A stretch of 64,000 nt of DNA from Gammaproteobacteria bacterium (GTDB lineage: Bacteria > Pseudomonadota > Gammaproteobacteria > GCA-002705445 > GCA-002716945), in NCBI GenBank assembly GCA_038142325.1, contig JAYQJW010000002.1, forward strand, positions 555,328 through 619,327, read 5' to 3'. This document shows positions 45,258 to 54,866 of the stretch, piece after piece (position 1 is the stretch's first letter; the number at the start of each line of letters is the position of its first letter). A program made the position numbers and the translations under genes. The notes below the pieces were generated by a model that made no database searches, had not been told where the DNA came from, and saw nothing but the letters and a program-made list of their open reading frames with translations.

Positions 45258-46412
45258 ATGAAAAAATCAGACAATAAAGTCATTAATCTGTTCGAACAGT
45301 CAAACCAAGGTTTTCAAAAAATAGTTATATCTGATTCTCTAAAAATGAAACGAGGGGGTAGCCTTTTAAAACCAGAATTAGCATATGAAACTTGGGGCAA
45401 GCTATCAAAAAAGAAGGATAACGTGATACTTATATTAACTGGTTTAAGCGCAAATTCTCATGCAGCTTCTAATCTAAAGAATTCTAAGCCAGGATGGTGG
45501 GAAGGCATGGTAGGCTCTGGCAAAGCAATTGATACAGACAAGTTTTATGTCATTTGTGTTAATTCCTTAGGAAGTTGTTTTGGTTCAACTGGCCCTGCCT
45601 CAATCAATCAAATTACAGGAGAACCATATCGACTAACCTTTCCAGAATTAACTATAGATGATATGGCAAGAGCAACAAAACTGTTGCTTGAAAAGTTAGA
45701 TATTATGGAAATTAATACTCTTATAGGACCTTCTATGGGAGGCATGCATGCCTTAGCTTTGATTATTCAAAATAAAGGTTATGTTAATAATTTTATCGCC
45801 ATATCTACTGCTGCTCAATCTATGCCTTATGCAATAGCAATAAGATCTTTACAAAGAGAGGTTATCAGAAAAGATCCGTTATGGAAAAACGGTTATTATT
45901 CGCCTGAGAAACCTCCGCTTAATGGAGTTCGTATTGCAAGAAAATTAGGAATGATTTCATATAGATCTGCAGATGAATGGGCACAGCGATTTGGAAGAAA
46001 AAAATCATCAAAAAATACTATTACGCAAAATACCTTTGGAATAGAGAATACAGGATTCGAATATGAAATCGAATCATACCTAGAACATCTAGCAATTAAG
46101 TTTCAAGATGTCTTTGATGCAAATTGTTATCTATACTTGTCTAGATCAATTGACTGGTTTGATATTATTGAATATGGCACATCTTCAGAACAAGTTTTGG
46201 GTAATACTGGATTAAAAAGCGCATTAGTTCTTTGTGTGCAATCCGATGTATTATTCCCGATTAATCAACAAAAAGAGCTTGCTGAATATCTAAGTGCTGA
46301 TTCAACTAAGGTAACTTATAAGAGTTTAAATTGTTTACAAGGCCATGATTCTTTTCTTGTAGATATAGAAACATTTTCTAGAGAAATATCGTGTTATTTA
46401 GAAAATATTTAA
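45258..46412 (+). CDS. metX: MetX-family alpha/beta-hydrolase O-acyltransferase, serine-type (TGLS) subgroup
   Basis: LTGLSANSHA, GWWEGMVG, GSCFGSTGP, GPSMGG nucleophile, ARKLGMISYRS, FDANCY, GHDSFL. Confidence 0.88.
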   Translation: MKKSDNKVINLFEQSNQGFQKIVISDSLKMKRGGSLLKPELAYETWGKLSKKKDNVILILTGLSANSHAASNLKNSKPGWWEGMVGSGKAIDTDKFYVICVNSLGSCFGSTGPASINQITGEPYRLTFPELTIDDMARATKLLLEKLDIMEINTLIGPSMGGMHALALIIQNKGYVNNFIAISTAAQSMPYAIAIRSLQREVIRKDPLWKNGYYSPEKPPLNGVRIARKLGMISYRSADEWAQRFGRKKSSKNTITQNTFGIENTGFEYEIESYLEHLAIKFQDVFDANCYLYLSRSIDWFDIIEYGTSSEQVLGNTGLKSALVLCVQSDVLFPINQQKELAEYLSADSTKVTYKSLNCLQGHDSFLVDIETFSREISCYLENI

Positions 46413-46867
46413 TATATATTTTTCTATTAATTCCATTTACATCCTTTGCTGATCAATATCACGCAAGAGTAATAAAAGTAGTTGATGGAGATACAATCTG
46501 GGTAAAGTCTGAAAATAAGCATATAAAAATTAGATTGAGCTATATTGATGCTCCAGAAATCAAACAAGTTTATGGCATAAGAAGTAAGAACTTTCTAAGT
46601 GAATTAATTCTTGATAAAGAGGTAGAGGTTAGTACAAGTAAAAAAGACCGTTATAATCGACATCTAGGCGAGATATATATACATAATGACGATGAATCAG
46701 TTTTTGTGAATGCTAAAATGGTTAAATCAGGTAACGCATGGATTTATAAATCTTACAGAACCAATACCTATCTCACTAACCTTGAAAATTATGCTAGAAT
46801 TAATAAAAAAGGTTTATGGAATGAAGAAAATATTCAAGAACCATGGGAGTATAGGAGAAATAAATGA
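46391..46867 (+). CDS. Thermonuclease (SNase) family exported nuclease
   Basis: Signal peptide; VVDGDT, IRLSYIDAPE, DRYNR-LG, A---KKGLW, PWEYR. Confidence 0.9.
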   Translation: MLFRKYLIYIFLLIPFTSFADQYHARVIKVVDGDTIWVKSENKHIKIRLSYIDAPEIKQVYGIRSKNFLSELILDKEVEVSTSKKDRYNRHLGEIYIHNDDESVFVNAKMVKSGNAWIYKSYRTNTYLTNLENYARINKKGLWNEENIQEPWEYRRNK

Positions 46868-47440
46868 ATAACATAAAGACCTTAGTAATTGCTTGTACTT
46901 TGTTATTCTCATCAATTACTTTTGCTGGTGGAACTAAGTCTAACCTGGAAAGTTCAAAATATTTTGTTGGAATTGGTGCTGGAGATGGCGGTGGAGCACA
47001 TGGAGGTAGTTTTAATGCACTTAGAATCTCCTATCAAAGCCTATTATCAAATAACACTACATATGATTTCGATTACTTGTCAGACATAGCGCTAAATATA
47101 TGGAAAGATGACTCACGACTTAGTGCCTCAGATAAAGCAACTGCTACATCAGATTTAGATTCTTCAAATATTTCAATTATCTTATTCAAGAGTTATTAGA
47201 AAATATTTATCTAAAAATGTCTTTTTTGACGCGGGACTAGGAGTATCAATTCATAATAATGAATCTATGAATGGCTCAGATCTTGGTTCTATATACCAGT
47301 TCGAAAATAGGCTAGGAATTGGATATGAGAGAGAGACATATCGTTCCGTATTAAATATATTTCATTATTCAAACGGCGGTCTAGAGGGTAAAAACGACGG
47401 TGTAGACATATTGATGTTATCTGTCTCTAAATACTTTTAG
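46864..47440 (+). CDS. pagL: PagL-like lipid A 3-O-deacylase / acyloxyacyl hydrolase (frameshift near 47178)
   Basis: The second frame reads FFDAGLG...[14 protein letters not shown]...[13 protein letters not shown]...SKYF*; has the HxSN catalytic motif and a C-terminal Phe. Confidence 0.75.
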
Positions 47441-47567
47441 CTTTAGTTCTTCTACATTTTTCGGAACAAAACTTCACATTATCCCAATTTTTTGCCCATT
47501 TTTTTCTCCATGAAAATGGTAATTTACAAACTGGACATACTTTTTCTGGCAGGTCACTTTTTTTCAT
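47427..47567 (-). CDS. DUF2256 small Cys-rich protein (46 aa, below the ORF-track cutoff)
   Basis: [40 protein letters not shown] signature. Confidence 0.9.
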   Translation of the reverse strand: MKKSDLPEKVCPVCKLPFSWRKKWAKNWDNVKFCSEKCRRTKAKSI

Positions 47568-47907
47568 TTAATTGATGTCTATTTTTAATGAAAAGAAATA
47601 AAGCAATGATCTCGTAGGCAACCACGCTTATTTGATATATAAGAGGAAGAGCCACAAGATTACCTAGCCATTTATATTTTGGAATGTTGCGCCACATAAT
47701 TATGAACGCCTTTGTGCCTGCATAAACTTCGCCATCTTTGATCACGTGCAGCCGCCTTATTAATTGCTCATGACTCTTGCCAGATATTCTTTTAGATACC
47801 TCTAAATCATTGATATCTATCCAATTAATATCATTTTCTAAGGATTTATAATGATTTATTTCTTTAGAACAAACAGAACAACTATCATTAAATAGTACTT
47901 TGATCAT
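47554..47907 (-). CDS. DUF393 / DCC-family thiol-disulfide oxidoreductase
   Basis: [20 protein letters not shown] (DxxCxxC variant), LHV, G-KAF, Y---A; ATGA overlap with the photolyase stop. Confidence 0.85.
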   Translation of the reverse strand: MIKVLFNDSCSVCSKEINHYKSLENDINWIDINDLEVSKRISGKSHEQLIRRLHVIKDGEVYAGTKAFIIMWRNIPKYKWLGNLVALPLIYQISVVAYEIIALFLFIKNRHQLNEKK

Positions 47908-49380
47908 AGTGTATTTTCTTCTAAAAACTTTTTGCGCTTTTAATAAGATAGCATCCTTTCTATCTTTCTTCATTTTATCGAATAAACTTACCATCATGTT
48001 TAGTCTTGGATTTTTTTTGAAAAAATCTCGATTTTTATCTATAAATCTCCAGTATAAGCCATCAAATATATCGCACCACTCACCTTTTTTAAAATCCATC
48101 ATTTTGAGTATATAGTTTGAACCACAAATATAGGGCTTAGTTGCCATTATACCGCCGTCAGCGAACAGTCCCATGCTATATACATTTGGTGTCATCACCC
48201 AGTCAGAAGAATCAATATATAACTCCATAAACCATTTGTACACGCTCCTTGGTTCTATCTCACACAAATTCATGAGATTTACCTGTATCATTAATCTTTC
48301 AATATGGTGGGAATAGGCATGTTTAATAGTACTTTTTATACTTACATCTAGTGGATCAAGGCCTGTACTCCCGTTATACCACGTGTCTTTAAGTTTTCTT
48401 TTATGCCGGAAAAAGTTTTTCTTCTGCATTTCATCACCCTCATAGTGATAAATACATCTCATAAATTCTCTCCATCCAATTAATTGTCTCAGAAAACCTT
48501 CATAAGAATTGATAGGAATGTTTTTTAAACTATTAATTTTATTGATTATTTCTATTGGAGTGATAAGTCCTAAATTCAATGAGGAGCTTAAGTTTGAATG
48601 AAACCAAAGATGAGATCTTTGATCAACAGAATCTTCATAGTCACCAAAACATTTGAATTTTTCATTTATAAAATAATCTAAATTTTCCAAAGCTTGTTTG
48701 CGAGTAGTAGGGTAGTTGAAGTTTTCATATTCACCAAGATGACTTTTAAATGTATTCTTCACAATATTTAATATATTTTTTGTGTGTTTCGTATGTTTAA
48801 ATTTAACTAACTCTGGTGGCTCTAAGTTTTTAGGTATTTTCTTTCTATTTTGATCATCATATGTCCATTTGCCTCCTGTAGGCTTTCCAGCGGTTATCAA
48901 TATATTCATTTTTTTGCGCTGATTAATATAAAAATCAGTCATTTTATACTTAGGAGATTTTCTAGTAGGGCACATCTCTAAAAAGTCTTCTCTATCTGTT
49001 AGGAACATCGGTGACTTTAGTTCCTTGATCGCATCGACGTATTTTTCTACAGCCCAAATTTCTTTCTTAAACCACTTGTCTTCTATTAGCCAAAAACTGA
49101 GATATTTAATCTTTTTTCTTTTTATTAAACTGATTAAAGAATCCTTGTAAGTTATTGTATTATCATTCAATTCTTCATAATGTATATTTATATTATTTTT
49201 CTTTAGTTCATCTCTATATGATCTCATTGCTGATAAAAATAATATTATTTTGTGCTTATGATGTTTTTCATATGTACAAAGTCCCAAGTCTTCTCTCATA
49301 AAGACAAGATCAGGCTTTATTTCTTTAATATATTCTATTGGAAATAATTGGTTTCCAAGTATTACATGCACATTACTCAT
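47904..49380 (-). CDS. Prokaryotic (6-4) photolyase / CryPro (DPRP) family, Fe-S-less type
   Basis: ILGNQLF, HHKHKI-LFLSAMR, GGKW-YD-NR, FGDYED, EGFLRQLIGWRE, HHIERLM, KPYI-GSNYI-KM; true stop at 47904 after removing one A. Confidence 0.88.
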
Positions 49381-49470
49381 TTTGTTGATTTCCTTATCTT
49401 TTAACAGAATAGGTTAATTATAATATATTAATCTATGTGTATATATGTTCGTATAATATATATTATGTAA

Positions 49471-50265
49471 TTAATCTACATAAAAGACGTTCTGGTCGTT
49501 AATTTGATAGCTTTTAATAAGTCTTGCAGCTTCATCGGACGCCAACCAATTAAATAAATCCATAGCAGAATTTTTAGATAAGTTCCTACAACGGTCATGA
49601 TTTACAAAAATCATTGAATAATTATTTTTGAGTTCATAACGGTTTTCAAAGAGAATTGAGTGATTTCTTTTATTTTTGAATCTAAGCCATGTAGATCTGT
49701 CGGTTAAAATGTACGCATTCAGTGATATTGCAATGTTAAGAGACGGCCCCATTCCTTGACCTGACTCAAGATACCATTTACCACTGTGTTCTTCAGGATT
49801 TAGATTTAGATCACTCCATATCTTCATTTCTGCCGAATGAGTCCCGCTTGAATCTGATCTGGATATGAACGGATGAGAACTATTATAAATTAAAGTGAAT
49901 GCATCTAATACTGTCTTCGCACGTGATATATTTGCTTTATCTTCAGTTGGGCCAACAAGTACAAAATCATTGTACATTAATTCATGTCGCAAATTGCCAT
50001 ATCCGCCATCGATAAACTCATTCTCTCGTTTTCTGTCATGCACAATTAGTATATTACCATCACAGTTTTTAGCATTGATTATTGCTTGCCCAGTACCAAC
50101 AGCAATTACTTTTATTTTAGTAGTGTCAAATTTAGGGTACTTAGGAAGTAAATATTTATACAAACCAGAATCTCTTGTTGAAGTGGTTGATTGTATAATC
50201 ACTGAGTCTGCTGAAGTAACAGAAGAAATGAAAAAAAATAGAAATAAAATTAAATATTTACGCAT
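49471..50265 (-). CDS. tupA: Tungstate ABC transporter substrate-binding protein
   Basis: STTST-DSGL, AVGTGQA, MYNDFVLVGP, FISRSD-SGTH, GQGMG, TDR-TW. Confidence 0.88.
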   Translation of the reverse strand: MRKYLILFLFFFISSVTSADSVIIQSTTSTRDSGLYKYLLPKYPKFDTTKIKVIAVGTGQAIINAKNCDGNILIVHDRKRENEFIDGGYGNLRHELMYNDFVLVGPTEDKANISRAKTVLDAFTLIYNSSHPFISRSDSSGTHSAEMKIWSDLNLNPEEHSGKWYLESGQGMGPSLNIAISLNAYILTDRSTWLRFKNKRNHSILFENRYELKNNYSMIFVNHDRCRNLSKNSAMDLFNWLASDEAARLIKSYQINDQNVFYVD

Positions 50266-50881
50266 GTTTTTTTTGCCCATCATCTATCAAAATCTCTTTG
50301 TGTTCAATATTCTCATACAAATCTAAATTATGACTTACCATAATTATAGATGTTCCATTGTTATTAAGATTTGAAATAATTTTTTTTACTAATTTAATAT
50401 TAACTTGATCCAAATTATTAGTTGGTTCATCATAAAATAATATTTTTGGATTTATGATGATACTCCTTAAGAGTGATAATAATTGAAGCTCGCCACCTGA
50501 AAGTAAATTAACATGAGATACTAAAATTGAATCTAATGAATAACTATTTACCAGGTCATTTATTAACTGCTTCCATTTTGATTTTTCAATATTTTTACAT
50601 AATAGTACATGTTTTAAATTTTCTTCAACAGTCCTTTGAAGAAACACTGGATTCTGAAATATATATGAAGCTTCGTTATTATGCATAGAAAAATGTCTTT
50701 TGATATTGCCGATAGTTGGTGAAATTAAACCATATAAAAGTTTAAGAATAGTTGTTTTACCTGCACCATTTGGCCCTTTTATTACAGTTATACCTTCTTC
50801 AATAATATGATTAAAATTCTTTATAATAAGATTGTTATTGCAGTTATAACTTACATTTTCTAATGTATAAATTTTTCTCAT
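50258..50881 (-). CDS. tupC: Tungstate ABC transporter ATPase
   Basis: GPNGAGKT, FQNPVFL-RTV, LSGGE, DEPT, VSH. Confidence 0.82.
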   Translation of the reverse strand: MRKIYTLENVSYNCNNNLIIKNFNHIIEEGITVIKGPNGAGKTTILKLLYGLISPTIGNIKRHFSMHNNEASYIFQNPVFLQRTVEENLKHVLLCKNIEKSKWKQLINDLVNSYSLDSILVSHVNLLSGGELQLLSLLRSIIINPKILFYDEPTNNLDQVNIKLVKKIISNLNNNGTSIIMVSHNLDLYENIEHKEILIDDGQKKHA

Positions 50882-51558
50882 GAATATTTGTTTTTAATAA
50901 TTGAAATAAATAAATTCATTATTAATGCAATTGTAATAAGAGTAATCCCCAAACTTAAAGCCAATGACAGCTCGCCTCTAGATGTCTCTAAAACAATACT
51001 AGTTGTCATTACTCTTGTTAAATTTTCTATATTGCCACCAACAATAATCACTGCACCTACTTCTGACAATGCCCTACTCAATCCGGTAATAACCACTATA
51101 AGTAAGCTAAACCTCGATTCATATATAATTGTTTGTCTAATAACCAAACCCGTGGCATTTAGAGAATTCAAATATTCATGCAACAGTTTGTAATTATCAC
51201 TCAGAATTTTTGTGGCAAGTGAGATAATTATCGGTGTTACAATTATAAATTGAGCAATGATCATAATTGTTGGCGAATACAGTATATCCATAAAACCAAA
51301 CACACCTGATGCAGAAAAAATAAGATATAAGATAAGGCCAACTACCACAGGAGGTAGACTCATTAATGTATTTACTATAATTATAATTAAAGATTTACCA
51401 TAAAATTCATTCGACGCTATATAACTTGATACAATGATCGAAAAAATTGCAGAAAGAATAGTTGCAATAAGTGATACATAGAGAGATAAAGATACTATTT
51501 GAAAATAATTGTGATCTAATATTAGAATATTTTTTATTGGTTCTAAAATTATCTCCAC
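50878..51558 (-). CDS. tupB: Tungstate ABC transporter permease
   Basis: LMSLPPVVVGL, EVGAVIIVGGNI---TRVMTT-I-LET-RG. Confidence 0.9.
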   Translation of the reverse strand: MEIILEPIKNILILDHNYFQIVSLSLYVSLIATILSAIFSIIVSSYIASNEFYGKSLIIIIVNTLMSLPPVVVGLILYLIFSASGVFGFMDILYSPTIMIIAQFIIVTPIIISLATKILSDNYKLLHEYLNSLNATGLVIRQTIIYESRFSLLIVVITGLSRALSEVGAVIIVGGNIENLTRVMTTSIVLETSRGELSLALSLGITLITIALIMNLFISIIKNKYS

Positions 51559-51616
51559 ACAATATTATACTTCACTTAAGCGTTTAATCACAAATAACGA
51601 AATAAAGATCTGTTAA

Positions 51617-53290
51617 TTAGAATAAACCAATGATATTACCGTTATCATCTATGTCAATTCTCTCTGCTGCTGGGACTTTTGGTAGTCCTGGCATTGTCAT
51701 TATATCACCACAAACCATAACAATAAATTCTGCTCCAGCAGACAATCTAACTTCTCTTATTGGTATTTCATGATCAGTTGGAGCTCCTTTTTTAGTAGGA
51801 TCTGTTGAAAAAGAATATTGAGTCTTTGCCATGCATACAGGAAAGTTGCCATATCCATTTGCCTGCAAATCATCTATTTGTTTCTTTACGTTTGCAGGAG
51901 CAGATATGCTCGAAGCGCCATAGATTTTTTTCGCAATAGTCTCCATCTTTTCCCATAAAGACATCTCATCAGGGTACAAGAATTTGAAATTATTTTCAGC
52001 ATCGTCAATTGTTTTTACAACTGTTTCAGCTAATTCTTTTGCACCTTTACCGCCGTCTGCCCAGTGAGTTGAAGAGATAATGGGTACATTTAACTGATCA
52101 GATTTAGCTTTCAGTAATTCTTTCTCCTTATCTGTATCAAAGCTAAAACCATTAATACCTACAACAACAGGAAGACCATAATGATTCTTAAGATTATTAA
52201 CATGTCTTTCAAGGTTCGATAAGCCTTTAGATAAGAAATCTATACTTTCTTTATTCAAATCTTCTAACGAGCATCCACCATGATATTTAAGTGCACGTAT
52301 AGTAGCAACAAGAACTACTACTGATGGTTTTAAACCAGCTTTTCTACATTTAATATCAAGAAATTTTTCTGCCCCTAAGTCAGCTCCAAAACCAGCCTCA
52401 GTAACTACATAATCAGCGAGTTTCAGGGAAGCTTTAGTTGCAATTACAGAATTACAGCCATGCGCAATATTTGCAAATGGACCACCATGAATCATAGCTG
52501 GGTTATTTTCTAGGGTTTGTACAAGGTTTGGTTTCATTGCATCTTTAAGCAGCACGGTCATGGCACCATGTGCATTTATATCTTTTGCAAGAATTGGTTT
52601 TCTATCACGCGTGTAAGCTTCAACAATTTTTCCTAATCTTTCTTTGAGATCAGAAATAGATGTTGCAAGACAAAATATTGCCATAATTTCAGACGCAACA
52701 ACAATATCAAATCCATCTTGCCTTGGATAACCATTTCCAACAGAACCAAGAGAACATACTGTACTCCTAAGAGCACGATCATTCATATCTAATACTCTTT
52801 TCCATGCAACTCTCCTGACATCTATCCCAAGTGAATTACCATGATGAATATGATTATCAAGCATTGCTGCTAATAAATTATTAGCAAGCTGAATAGCATT
52901 AAAATCACCAGTAAAATGAAGGTTGATATCTTCCATCGGTATAACTTGCGCCATACCTCCACCTGCTGCACCACCTTTCATACCAAATACTGGTCCTAAA
53001 GAGGGTTCTCTAATTGTTACGAGCGCCTTCTTACCGATATGATTTAATGCGTCTCCTAATCCAACTGAGGTTGTTGTTTTGCCCTCGCCTGCTGGCGTTG
53101 GACTGATAGCAGTTACAAGTATTAATTTTCCATCAGGTTTTGATTCTAAAGAATTTAGATATTCAAGGGATATTTTTGCTTTGTAATGACCAAAAGGTTC
53201 AAGAGATTCCTCGGGTATATCTAGCTTTGATGCAATATTTGATATTTTTTCTAATTGAGCTCCTTGAGCTATTTCTATATCTGACTTCAT
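51617..53290 (-). CDS. fhs: Formate--tetrahydrofolate ligase
   Basis: [55 protein letters not shown]. Confidence 0.98.
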   Translation of the reverse strand: MKSDIEIAQGAQLEKISNIASKLDIPEESLEPFGHYKAKISLEYLNSLESKPDGKLILVTAISPTPAGEGKTTTSVGLGDALNHIGKKALVTIREPSLGPVFGMKGGAAGGGMAQVIPMEDINLHFTGDFNAIQLANNLLAAMLDNHIHHGNSLGIDVRRVAWKRVLDMNDRALRSTVCSLGSVGNGYPRQDGFDIVVASEIMAIFCLATSISDLKERLGKIVEAYTRDRKPILAKDINAHGAMTVLLKDAMKPNLVQTLENNPAMIHGGPFANIAHGCNSVIATKASLKLADYVVTEAGFGADLGAEKFLDIKCRKAGLKPSVVVLVATIRALKYHGGCSLEDLNKESIDFLSKGLSNLERHVNNLKNHYGLPVVVGINGFSFDTDKEKELLKAKSDQLNVPIISSTHWADGGKGAKELAETVVKTIDDAENNFKFLYPDEMSLWEKMETIAKKIYGASSISAPANVKKQIDDLQANGYGNFPVCMAKTQYSFSTDPTKKGAPTDHEIPIREVRLSAGAEFIVMVCGDIMTMPGLPKVPAAERIDIDDNGNIIGLF

Positions 53291-53353
53291 AATTTACCCT
53301 CGAATATAATGTCTAATAAATATAATGTTTTATTCTTTAAACATCAATAGTAA

Positions 53354-53945
53354 TCAATCTTTAGAATGTTTAAATATGGTGCTCTCAACACATTCACACA
53401 TAATGTGACCTGCAATTGCATGTATTTCTTGTATGCGAGTAGTTTTTTCTGATTTTACAGACAACACAACATCAGAATATTTATCTAGTTCATCTTTAAA
53501 ATTTCCTGTAAGAGAAATTATACTTTTAACTTGAGGTCTTACTTCCTTTATTAATTTTAAGATATTGGCTGATTTTCCTGAGGTAGTATAAACAATCAAA
53601 GAGTCATTTTTTTGAGCTAGCGCTTTTGCTTGTCGCGAAAAGATTTCATCGTATCCATAATCATTTGCTACAAGTAAGATTAGATGTATTTGCGGTTAAT
53701 GCAATAGCAGGCAATGGATTTCGATCAAAGTTTAATCTTCCTATAAACTCTGCTGCAATGTGTTGCGAATCTGCAGCACTACCTCCATTACCTGCCAATA
53801 GTACCTTGCCATTATTTTGAAATGTATCTATTAACATAGTAGAAGCTAACTCTAATCCTTTGATGAAATCTACATCTATAGATGATTCTGAATTAACTTT
53901 TGCTGATTCAGCGAGACTATCTTGGATGATTGTTTTGAGTGTCAA
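53354..53945 (-). CDS. gmhA: Sedoheptulose-7-phosphate isomerase (frameshift near 53668)
   Basis: [15 protein letters not shown] | [24 protein letters not shown]. Confidence 0.88.
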
Positions 53946-53947
53946 AA

Positions 53948-54714
53948 TTAAAACCTTCTCTTATCTGTTAACTTACAATTTCCTGATTTAAGATTATTAT
54001 TAATTTTTGCATCACCAGACACTCTATTAATTGATAATTCTATATTATCACGTGTTGCAACAATGAATGCATCATTAAAATTGACTGAAAATTCTATTTC
54101 ATCAAGTTTATCAATCAATTTAAAAGTACTTTTTAGATTCATTAAAAACATATGTTTTTTGTTGTTCATTAAAGTTGCATATAATATATGTATTTCCAAT
54201 AATATTAATATCTTGATCTCTTTTAGCTATTTTTACCTCGTCCATTTTTTCAACAGCAATATCTTTCGATTCCTCTGGAATATCATCTATGAATATTCTC
54301 TAGATGTATTCCTTGTTACACAATACTCAAAAGGAATAGTTAATAATCCGGAGTCATATAAATGTAAAGTAACATTATTATTATTAATCATGAAAAAGTG
54401 ATTTCTGTATCCCAGATAATAATCCCCTCTTTGCTCGTTTATAGACAAGCAAAGTCTGTATCCAGAATATGTATCTCCTAAATGTTCAATTGTTAAAGTA
54501 GCTGGTTCATTTATAAATTCAACTCTTGCTGTCTTATAATTTTTAAGATTCTTGATTAGATAGTTTTTGAGAATTTTTTGATAATTATCGGGCGAGTTTC
54601 CATAACTAACTTTTTGAATATCATCTGTCATGCTAGGAGAAATTAATGATGGGGCAGGAATTTTCCACAAGATATTACAAATATTGATAGTATGATGATG
54701 TGAAATAATTTCAT
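53948..54714 (-). CDS. Hypothetical lipoprotein, ~250 aa, reconstructed across three single-base frameshifts
   Basis: ATG 54714 gives [16 protein letters not shown] (lipobox), joining ORF 54287-54811 (GKIPAP...TSRE), the bridge [10 protein letters not shown]...ICNFNEQQK, and ORF 53948-54199 (STFKLID...KRRF*). Confidence 0.65.
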
Positions 54715-54715
54715 T

Positions 54716-54799
54716 TGCCCAGGGCCGGAGTCGAACCGGCACGAGATTGCTCTCGAGGGATTTTAAGTCCCTTGCGTCTACCAATTCCGCCACCCGGGC
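54716..54799 (-). tRNA. tRNA-Leu(TAA)
   Basis: GCCCGGG/CCTGGGC acceptor stem, AGGGA-CT-TAA-AA-TCCCT anticodon arm, variable arm, GGTTCGACTCC; CCA not encoded. Confidence 0.95.
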
Positions 54800-54843
54800 G
54801 AGTGTTTTCAATACTTACAGACTGTATAATTCTTTCAAAATGT

Positions 54844-54866
54844 TTGTGTAACACTTGTGTAACACT
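54844..54866. repeat. Tandem 11-bp direct repeat TTGTGTAACAC x2, each unit containing the palindrome GTGT-A-ACAC
   Basis: Read directly at 54844-54854 and 54855-54865. Confidence 0.85.

Noticed and set aside
47554-49380. Apparent novel 608-aa photolyase-DUF393 fusion
   Set aside because: Removing one A from a homopolymer near 47930 restores a normal end ([11 protein letters not shown]) with a TGA/ATG overlap at 47904-47907. This matches the window-wide indel errors.
51559-53353. Moco/Tuco RNA before tupB, or THF/ZTP riboswitch before fhs
   Set aside because: The intergenic gaps are ~60 bp, AT-rich and without the required structure.
54716-54811. N-terminus of ORF 54287-54811 (MKTLARVAELVDARDLKS...)
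   Set aside because: It is the translation of the tRNA-Leu gene; the real start is 54714 in another frame.
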